A stretch of DNA of 64,000 nucleotides from Candidatus Adlerbacteria bacterium (GTDB lineage: Bacteria; Patescibacteriota; Minisyncoccia; Phycocordibacterales; SBAW01), in assembly GCA_903819895.1 (NCBI GenBank), contig CAIJFH010000027.1, forward strand, positions 1,675-65,674. Direction: 5' to 3'. Below, piece by piece: positions 17,790 to 28,400 of the stretch; position 1 is the stretch's first letter; the number at the start of each line of letters is the position of its first letter. The notes under the pieces were generated by a model. That model did no database searches. It was not told where the DNA came from and saw only the letters and a program-made list of their open reading frames with translations. Made by a program: the position numbers and the translations under genes.

Positions 17790-17852
17790 CTGCGCATGAA
17801 TCCTTATGCGCAGAACCGCCGGCTAACGGAAACGTTAGCCGGCTTTCCATTT
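17790..17852 (+). terminator. Double hairpin / terminator after the precursor
   Basis: CTGCGCAT-N8-ATGCGCAG and GCCGGCTAACG-GAAA-CGTTAGCCGGC followed by TTTCCATTT. Confidence 0.8.
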
Positions 17853-17881
17853 AATTTTATATATCATATACTGGAATATCT

Positions 17882-18730
17882 ATGAAAAAGATTATTTTAA
17901 AGGAGGATTTTGATGCAGAGATGCGTATTTTCCTTAATTTCTTGAACAGCAAAGAATATCCACAACATCGGAATATCATATTTTCTTGCTTCCCTGCATT
18001 GAAAGAAAAACTCGAGGCGAATGTCACAGATGAAAAATCGGTTGTTACGGCATTCATACAAGAGAAAAGGACACACAACGAACAAGCTATCCGGCAATCG
18101 GTTGCCTTTGTTAAGCATGAGCTAGAACAAAAAGGAGAGAAGACGTTAGAAATACTCGCCCAGCTGATGGATTATGTATGGGAATCTCAAGAGGATCCCT
18201 ACTTCTTGGTACCAACCATTTTCCCTCTGTCTCCCTTTAATAAGGATACATTCTTTTTCTCGATATACCCATCACTGCAAGGCAAAACAGAATATCCGAG
18301 AGTGCTGGCAGTTTCAGCTCACGAGATATCTCACATGATACTTCTCGACATCTTGAAAGAGCGAAACATACAGATGGGACAAGAACTGGTCTATTTTGTA
18401 AAAGAACTGATTGCTCCGGTGTTGGTATATCAAGATGATTTCGACGGTATGTTCAAGAAACAAATCGTGGGAAACTACAACGTGTTGGAGGTCTATTTTG
18501 AAGAAGGCGGAAAGTCGGTAACGGCTTTCGATTATTTTCTTGCTATGTTCGCAAATAACAGAGCTGAGGGCAAGAAATTCAATGCATTCCTCGATAATAT
18601 GATCTCTGTTTGTAGAAAAATAGAGCAGGAGATACAGGACAAGAGAGCGTTTGATGACGAATACGGCACACGAATACTAAAAGAGCCGGAACTACTGGAG
18701 AAATTTAGGGAGCCTATCGTGTTGATGTAA
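17882..18730 (+). CDS. HExxH-motif protein (zincin-like), AT-rich
   Basis: SAHEISH with a downstream Glu (FVKELIAP); 282 aa, soluble. Confidence 0.7.
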   Translation: MKKIILKEDFDAEMRIFLNFLNSKEYPQHRNIIFSCFPALKEKLEANVTDEKSVVTAFIQEKRTHNEQAIRQSVAFVKHELEQKGEKTLEILAQLMDYVWESQEDPYFLVPTIFPLSPFNKDTFFFSIYPSLQGKTEYPRVLAVSAHEISHMILLDILKERNIQMGQELVYFVKELIAPVLVYQDDFDGMFKKQIVGNYNVLEVYFEEGGKSVTAFDYFLAMFANNRAEGKKFNAFLDNMISVCRKIEQEIQDKRAFDDEYGTRILKEPELLEKFREPIVLM

Positions 18731-18990
18731 AGGGTTTTCACCACTCTAATCCAATACACTCATTGTGTATCTCTTGTTGCGCATCCGCTAGGCGCACTCT
18801 AGGGCTTTTCGTAGCATAGAGCTGCTCTGGTAATACTCCCAGAATCGGGAAATATAGCTTTTTACAGAGTCCAATGTTTTAATGGCTGTGTCCACTACTT
18901 CGCTCACTGTTTACAGACAGTCGCCGTGTTTCTTTTTTGGCGTAATTCATGTACGCTGCCATCGGCTACGCACAAACAAGGAGAAAAACG

Positions 18991-19224
18991 ATGCTGCAAC
19001 ATCCGGAACCGAAGCAGGTATTGTACCTGGACTATCCCCTTGGTGATTCTAGGGACGCGCCCGAAGTGATCGAATACGTCGCGCGCATGTTCTCTGAACG
19101 AGGACTGCCCGTTGTGTTTTCTTTCTGCGGGATTGCCTACGAATTCAACGGCACAGAGACCGTGCCCGAATGTCTCGAAAAGTGGAGGTATCGGTACCAC
19201 GTCTCCATGGATCTTGATGATTGA
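18991..19224 (+). CDS. Orphan small protein (77 aa)
   Basis: AAGGAG-N6-ATG; MLQHPEPKQVLYLDYP...; followed by a perfect hairpin. Confidence 0.55.
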   Translation: MLQHPEPKQVLYLDYPLGDSRDAPEVIEYVARMFSERGLPVVFSFCGIAYEFNGTETVPECLEKWRYRYHVSMDLDD

Positions 19225-19234
19225 GACGCGAAAG

Positions 19235-19267
19235 ACCGCCGCTAAGCACGCTGTGCTTAGCGGCGGT
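19235..19267. terminator. Hairpin between convergent genes
   Basis: ACCGCCGCTAAGCAC-GCT-GTGCTTAGCGGCGGT, a 15-bp perfect stem. Confidence 0.75.
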
Positions 19268-19276
19268 TCGCTGTAT

Positions 19277-19453
19277 TTATTTTTTAAGCGTACTAAACAC
19301 CGCGCCCACACCTGCTACTTGTTTGGCGACTTGGTCGACGATGGCGGTCTTGATGGGGTAGAGGAGGGAAGTGGGGGTCGCGTGGCTGGCGACCGCGGCG
19401 CTGCCGTAGCCGATGGCGGATAGGAGAATGAGCGAGCCGATGATTGTTGGCAT
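19277..19453 (-). CDS. Small secreted/membrane protein (58 aa)
   Basis: TATACT-N6-ATG; hydrophobic N-terminus; LYPIK motif reminiscent of DUF5667. Confidence 0.55.
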   Translation of the reverse strand: MPTIIGSLILLSAIGYGSAAVASHATPTSLLYPIKTAIVDQVAKQVAGVGAVFSTLKK

Positions 19454-19513
19454 ACAGCTAGTATATACCAACTTTCGCCAAGGGCTCTGGTGTGCTAGGA
19501 TGGGCGCATTGGT

Positions 19514-20329
19514 ATGGAGAAAAGCGGTTTACATATATCGCTCGCGGCGGAGCGGCTTGGTACGTTTTTGACGATACCAATCACCAACACGCTCGTTGCC
19601 GAGTTGACGGTCACGGTCGTGCTGCTTGCCACCGCCTTTTTGGTTGGGCGCCGTCCTACGTTGATCCCCGGCGCAGTGCAGAATTTTTTTGAGTCACTTG
19701 TCGAGTTTGTGCTCGGCTATATGGAGGGCGTGCTCGGCTCGCGTGCGCTCGCCGTCAAATTCTTCCCACTCGTCATCACCATCTTTCTGTTTATCGCGAC
19801 CTCCAACCTCTTCGACTTTTTGCCATTTGTTGGCAGTGTCGGCTTTATCCACCCGGGCAGCGAGTTTGTGCCACTCTTCCGCCCCGTCAACACCGACCTC
19901 AACGTCACGCTCGCGCTCGCGATTATTGCGGTAATCTCGATCGAGGTGTCTGGCATCGTCGCCGTGGGCTTTTGGCGCTACGCGGGCAAGTTCTTCAACT
20001 TCTCCTCACCGCTCAACTTTGTGGTCGGCATCATCGAGTTTGTTTCCGAGATGTCGCGATTCATCTCCTTCTCCTTCCGTCTCTTTGGCAACATCTTCGC
20101 GGGCGAGGTGTTGCTTGCGGTCGCGGGCTACTTTATGCCCTACCTCTTGCCGGTGCCCTTGATGGCGTTCGAGACCTTTATCGGCGTTGTCCAAGCGGCA
20201 GTGTTTGCACTCCTCACGCTCTTCTTTATCAAGCTGGCGATTGCTATGCCACACGGAGCAGAGGAGAGTCACCACCACACATCGAACGAGGCACCTGTCT
20301 CGGTCGAGGGTGCGGTTGTGAGCCAGTAG
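19514..20329 (+). CDS. atpB: F0F1 ATP synthase subunit a
   Basis: SFSFRLFGNIFAGE and QAAVFALLT motifs. Confidence 0.95.
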   Translation: MEKSGLHISLAAERLGTFLTIPITNTLVAELTVTVVLLATAFLVGRRPTLIPGAVQNFFESLVEFVLGYMEGVLGSRALAVKFFPLVITIFLFIATSNLFDFLPFVGSVGFIHPGSEFVPLFRPVNTDLNVTLALAIIAVISIEVSGIVAVGFWRYAGKFFNFSSPLNFVVGIIEFVSEMSRFISFSFRLFGNIFAGEVLLAVAGYFMPYLLPVPLMAFETFIGVVQAAVFALLTLFFIKLAIAMPHGAEESHHHTSNEAPVSVEGAVVSQ

Positions 20330-20390
20330 CTGCGTGTTTTTAGTGAGGAAGTGTGTTAGAGTGGGCGCATTAGGAGATTAGTTCGCGTAA

Positions 20391-20633
<243 letters not shown>

Positions 20634-20654
20634 CCAGTTTACTTCGCATCCCGT

Positions 20655-21098
20655 ATGAACGCATTACTTGCTGCATTTGGTATCGATTGGCGCTTGCTGC
20701 TGATTAACCTGCTCAACTTTGGCCTGCTCTTTTGGCTATTGTCGCACTACTTGTACGGGCCGCTCACGCGGATGCTCGAGAGTCGCCGCGAGAAGATCGC
20801 CGAGGGTGTGCGCAATGCGGCCGAGGCCGAGCAAAAGCTGGAGGAGATTGCTGGCCTGCGCGCAGCGATGCTTGCTGACACGGGCAAGCAGGCCGACCAG
20901 TTGCTTGCCGACGCACGCGCCGTTGCTGCAGAAAAAGAGCGCAAAATCATCGCCGATGGCGAGGCAAATGCTGCGGTCATCATTAGTGACGCCAAGCGCC
21001 AAGCAGATGAGCTCCAGGCACAAGCGTTGGTCGAGAGCAAAAAAGAGGCGGCAAAGCTCATTGTGCTCGGGATGGAAAAACTCGCGCTCGGTAAATAA
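20655..21098 (+). CDS. atpF: ATP synthase subunit b
   Basis: N-terminal TM, RREKIAEG and coiled coil; operon position. Confidence 0.9.
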   Translation: MNALLAAFGIDWRLLLINLLNFGLLFWLLSHYLYGPLTRMLESRREKIAEGVRNAAEAEQKLEEIAGLRAAMLADTGKQADQLLADARAVAAEKERKIIADGEANAAVIISDAKRQADELQAQALVESKKEAAKLIVLGMEKLALGK

Positions 21099-21103
21099 CC
21101 ACT

Positions 21104-21376
21104 ATGCACTACTCCGCCTATTATGCCCGCGCACTCTTTGACCTCGTCACCCGAGGTGGCGGGGCGAGCGAGCAGCAAGGGAGCATGTATCTCGAGAATC
21201 TCAAGCAGGTGCTCGCGCGACGCGGGCATCAATCGCTCTTGCCAAACATTTTTGCGGAGTATCAAAAGCTCGTACAACGCCGCGAGCGAGCCGCAAACCA
21301 GGCAAAGATAACCCCCGAGCGCGAGCGCACCAGAGTGCTGCTCGAGCTGTACCGCCGATTAGTAGCGACCCACTAG
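21104..21376 (+). CDS. atpH: ATP synthase subunit delta (truncated form)
   Basis: YARALF motif; lies between atpF and atpA; only 90 aa. Confidence 0.7.
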   Translation: MHYSAYYARALFDLVTRGGGASEQQGSMYLENLKQVLARRGHQSLLPNIFAEYQKLVQRRERAANQAKITPERERTRVLLELYRRLVATH

Positions 21377-21383
21377 ACCAGTT

Positions 21384-22949
<1,566 letters not shown>

Positions 22950-22989
22950 TGCGTGCTGTACTGGTTGGCAGATAGAGTAGAACAAACGT

Positions 22990-25342
<2,353 letters not shown>

Positions 25343-25363
25343 TACGGAGGACGGACCTCCGTA
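25343..25363. repeat. REP-like palindrome (AGG-N5-CCT family)
   Basis: TACGGAGG-ACGGA-CCTCCGTA immediately after the atpD stop. Confidence 0.8.
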
Positions 25364-25372
25364 GTAGAAACT

Positions 25373-25621
25373 ATGAAAGTAATTATTGCAAAAGTTGATG
25401 AGACACTCTTCTCCGGCGACGCCGTGTCACTTACCGTGCCGGGGAGCGAGGGCGAGATGACGGTGCTCGGCGAGCACGAGCCGCTGGTGACGACACTGCG
25501 GCCAGGTGTCGCCATTATCCGCAGCACGCAGGAGGGAAGCAGTGAGTTTGCTGTGCGCGAAGTCGCGATCCCTGGTGGTCTGCTCGAAGTTCGCCGCGAT
25601 GGCGCGACCATCATCCTTTAA
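25373..25621 (+). CDS. atpC: ATP synthase subunit epsilon (beta-sandwich only)
   Basis: PGSEGEMTVLGEHEPLVTTL.PG and GGLLEV motifs; 82 aa. Confidence 0.88.
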   Translation: MKVIIAKVDETLFSGDAVSLTVPGSEGEMTVLGEHEPLVTTLRPGVAIIRSTQEGSSEFAVREVAIPGGLLEVRRDGATIIL

Positions 25622-25648
25622 TCGCCCCGTTCAATTTTATTTGCGCGT

Positions 25649-26386
25649 ATGCTACAACCAATCATCCTGGTCGCAGGCAAGGGGACGCGGATGCAGACCG
25701 CCGAGCCAAAGACCCTGTTCCCCCTCAAGGGCAAGCCGATGATCAACTGGCTGCTTGATATGCTCGCCGAAGTCGAGGGCGCAAAGTCGCCACTGATTGT
25801 CATCGGCCACAATGGCGACATGATCCGCGAGCGCGTGGGCGATGCCTACACCTATGTGACCCAGACCGAGTTGACCGGCCCCGCGTCGGGTGTGGCAGTG
25901 TGCGCGCCAATTTTTTCTACACAGAGCGACCCTGTCGTCATCCTCTATGGCGACAATCCATTTGTTGCCGCGGACACTATCCGTGCTGCAGAAAATATTT
26001 TCAATACCGAAAAAGCGACACTGGTGTTTGGTGTGGTCGAGGTGCCACACTTTGCCGACGAGTATGCAGCGTTCTACAAATTTAGCCGGATACTGCGCAA
26101 GGCGGACGGTACGCTCGACAGGTTGGTGGAGTATAAGTACACCACCGAAGAGCAGCGCCAACTGCGCGAGGTGAGCCCGGGTGTTTTTTGTATCGACCCT
26201 GTGTGGCTCGCAGGAGCACTCCCGCGTGTGGTGCCTGCGGGCGAAGGTGGCGAGTACTACCTCACCGACCTGATCCGCATTGCGCTCGAGGACGGAGTCA
26301 CGATCGCGACTGTACCACTCGCGCCGCGCGAAGGGGTAGGCATCAATAGTATCGAGGATGCCGCCTGCGCACAGTTTTTCCTTTAA
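25649..26386 (+). CDS. Nucleotidyltransferase (GlmU N-terminal domain only)
   Basis: LVAGKGTRM...PK, ILYGDNP, GEYYLTD and GINS motifs. Confidence 0.85.
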   Translation: MLQPIILVAGKGTRMQTAEPKTLFPLKGKPMINWLLDMLAEVEGAKSPLIVIGHNGDMIRERVGDAYTYVTQTELTGPASGVAVCAPIFSTQSDPVVILYGDNPFVAADTIRAAENIFNTEKATLVFGVVEVPHFADEYAAFYKFSRILRKADGTLDRLVEYKYTTEEQRQLREVSPGVFCIDPVWLAGALPRVVPAGEGGEYYLTDLIRIALEDGVTIATVPLAPREGVGINSIEDAACAQFFL

Positions 26387-26398
26387 ATCCCAAACAAC

Positions 26399-26480
26399 TT
26401 GCGAGTACTGTAATACAGTGCTAGCATATGAGTATTAACCTCACTGCCCCTGCCGCAAGGCAAGGGCAGTTTCCGTTTTG
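26399..26480 (+). promoter_or_regulatory. Promoter plus GNRA hairpin upstream of the NYN gene
   Basis: TTGCGA-17 nt-TAGCAT; ACTGCCCCTGCC-GCAA-GGCAAGGGCAGT followed by TTCCGTTTT. Confidence 0.55.
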
Positions 26481-26496
26481 GCAGTATACTATTTGA

Positions 26497-27045
26497 ATGC
26501 TAAACATCGAGGATCGAGTTTCTGTATATATCGACGGCGGGAATTTCTTTCGACGAGTGCGTGAAGCCGGTCTTGCAAAAGGGAGTAGAATGGACTATCC
26601 GGCATTGATTAACTTTCTTTTGCGTAAGCGAACCCTTGTAAGCAAAGCGTACTATATCGGCGTGGTTAGAAATCATGACCAAACAGAGCAAAGTCAGCGC
26701 ATGGTGGAAGACCAGCAAAAATTTCTTGCAAAACTCGAAGCAGAAGGGTTTGGTATAAAACGAGGGAGAATCGTGTATGACCACAAGATTCGTGAAAAAG
26801 GAGTCGATGTGCAACTCGCAATCGATTTGGTAATTGGAGCAGCAGAGAATCAGTATGATACCGCCATTGTTGTGAGCTCTGATACTGATCTCATTCCTGC
26901 CATACGATATGTTCGCAGCAAGGGTAAGCAAGTGGAGTATGTAGGATTTTCGACCCACCCTTCTCTTGGTATGGCCAAGGAGAGTTCATTGAGCATTCTG
27001 TTGCTGCCTGAAGATATACAGCAAAAATTCGTGCTACACTTTTAG
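26497..27045 (+). CDS. NYN domain (LabA/DUF88, PIN-like) nuclease
   Basis: VYIDGGN, EKGVDVQLAID and SSDTDLIP motifs. Confidence 0.9.
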   Translation: MLNIEDRVSVYIDGGNFFRRVREAGLAKGSRMDYPALINFLLRKRTLVSKAYYIGVVRNHDQTEQSQRMVEDQQKFLAKLEAEGFGIKRGRIVYDHKIREKGVDVQLAIDLVIGAAENQYDTAIVVSSDTDLIPAIRYVRSKGKQVEYVGFSTHPSLGMAKESSLSILLLPEDIQQKFVLHF

Positions 27046-27046
27046 T

Positions 27047-27268
27047 ATGTTTGCGTCGTTGTTTGGACATAAAAAATCAGGCCGCCCGCCGATACCGCCC
27101 GCACCGCGGCCAAACGTTAGTGCCGCAGTTGCTACAGACGCCCATGCAGTTGCCATGGCTGCGCCACCACCTCCGCCACCATCGGGCGCGTCGGCAACAG
27201 GGTCGGAGCATTCTGGCCTGCGTGGGGTGACGGTGATGCCGCGCAATCCAGCCGAATTAAAAAAGTAA
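27047..27268 (+). CDS. Pro/Ala-rich hypothetical protein (73 aa)
   Basis: ORF fills the gap, starting 1 nt after the NYN stop. Confidence 0.45.
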   Translation: MFASLFGHKKSGRPPIPPAPRPNVSAAVATDAHAVAMAAPPPPPPSGASATGSEHSGLRGVTVMPRNPAELKK

Positions 27269-27295
27269 CAATACGCACCGCTTATCGTATCTACC

Positions 27296-27910
27296 ATGCA
27301 GCTCTTTCGCGACTATCCAAAAAAGAAAATTGTACTCTTGTTGGGGCATCCCGACGCATCACCGACACTCTGCAGTGAGCTCGCGTTGCTGTACGAGACC
27401 GCAGCAAAAAAGGCGGGCCACGAGGTGCGGCGATTCAACCTGGCCGAGATGCACTTTGACCCGATTTTGCATCAAGGGTACAAAGCGCGCCAAGAGCTCG
27501 AGCCCGACCTGCTCGCGCTGCAGGAGGCAGTGCGCTGGAGCGAGCATGTGGTGATTATCTACCCCACGTGGTGGTGCTCGATGCCAGCGCTGCTCAAGGG
27601 TTTGTTTGACCGCGCATGGCTCCCAGGGTTTGCATTCGCGATGTACAAGACCGGTTGGCGAGCCAAGTTGAGCATGAGTGCGCCGCTCTTGTCGGGCAAA
27701 ACCGCGCGTGTCATCACCACGTCGGCCGGGCAGCCGTTGCTCCTCGCACTCTTCCAAGCAAATCACACCGCTGTAATCCGCAATAGTATTTTGCAACTGG
27801 CGGGCATCAAGACGCGCGTGTTGCGGATCGGCCCGGCACTACTCGCGCCCGAGTGGCGACGCCAAGAGTGGCGCAAGCACGTTGCCTATTTGGGGCGCTT
27901 GGGCGAATAG
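27296..27910 (+). CDS. NAD(P)H-dependent oxidoreductase (flavodoxin-2 fold)
   Basis: LLGHP and YPTWWCSMPALLKGLFDR motifs. Confidence 0.88.
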   Translation: MQLFRDYPKKKIVLLLGHPDASPTLCSELALLYETAAKKAGHEVRRFNLAEMHFDPILHQGYKARQELEPDLLALQEAVRWSEHVVIIYPTWWCSMPALLKGLFDRAWLPGFAFAMYKTGWRAKLSMSAPLLSGKTARVITTSAGQPLLLALFQANHTAVIRNSILQLAGIKTRVLRIGPALLAPEWRRQEWRKHVAYLGRLGE

Positions 27911-27954
27911 TGCAGCGCTTTACAAACCAAGAGTAGGAGTGTAGCGTGTGCCTA

Positions 27955-28392
27955 ATGGTGAGAAATGGCATGCTTTTTTTGGGTTGCATCGTCTGTATTG
28001 TGGTATGCGCTGCTGCCTATTTTCATGCAGCGATATATGCCGAGATGGATTCGTGGTTGCTCATCCCGCGCCCCGAGCATTTTACCGAGTTGTCGTTTGA
28101 TAACTACACCGCTACTGCGGCGCATATTCCAAAACATGCCGCGCGGGGTCAACGTATCCCGTTTTCGTTCACCATCCACAATGTCGAAGGGCGCACCATG
28201 ACCTACACCTACGACGTGTTTGTTGTCGTGGGGCACAGCACAACAACAATCAATAGTGGTACGATCGCGGTGCCAGATGGCGCGGCGGTGCATATCCCTG
28301 AGGTGTATGTCGTGCGGGGGGCAGGTGACGCAGTGGTGTCGGTGTCATTACCCGAGCAGCAAGAATCGCTGCACTTATCGGTGCCGCAATAG
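27955..28392 (+). CDS. DUF1616-like membrane-anchored protein
   Basis: N-terminal TM, EHFTELSF and FTIHNVEG..MTY.Y motifs. Confidence 0.6.
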   Translation: MVRNGMLFLGCIVCIVVCAAAYFHAAIYAEMDSWLLIPRPEHFTELSFDNYTATAAHIPKHAARGQRIPFSFTIHNVEGRTMTYTYDVFVVVGHSTTTINSGTIAVPDGAAVHIPEVYVVRGAGDAVVSVSLPEQQESLHLSVPQ

Positions 28393-28400
28393 ATGTTGCC

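Noticed and set aside
18789-18908. Short minus-strand ORF (VSEVVDTAIKTLDSVKSYISRFWEYYQ...)
   Set aside because: No convincing RBS or leaderless promoter.
16172-19270. Integrative element at tRNA-Ala carrying the RiPP genes
   Set aside because: I found no integrase and no repeat of the tRNA-Ala 3' end, so mobility is not supported.
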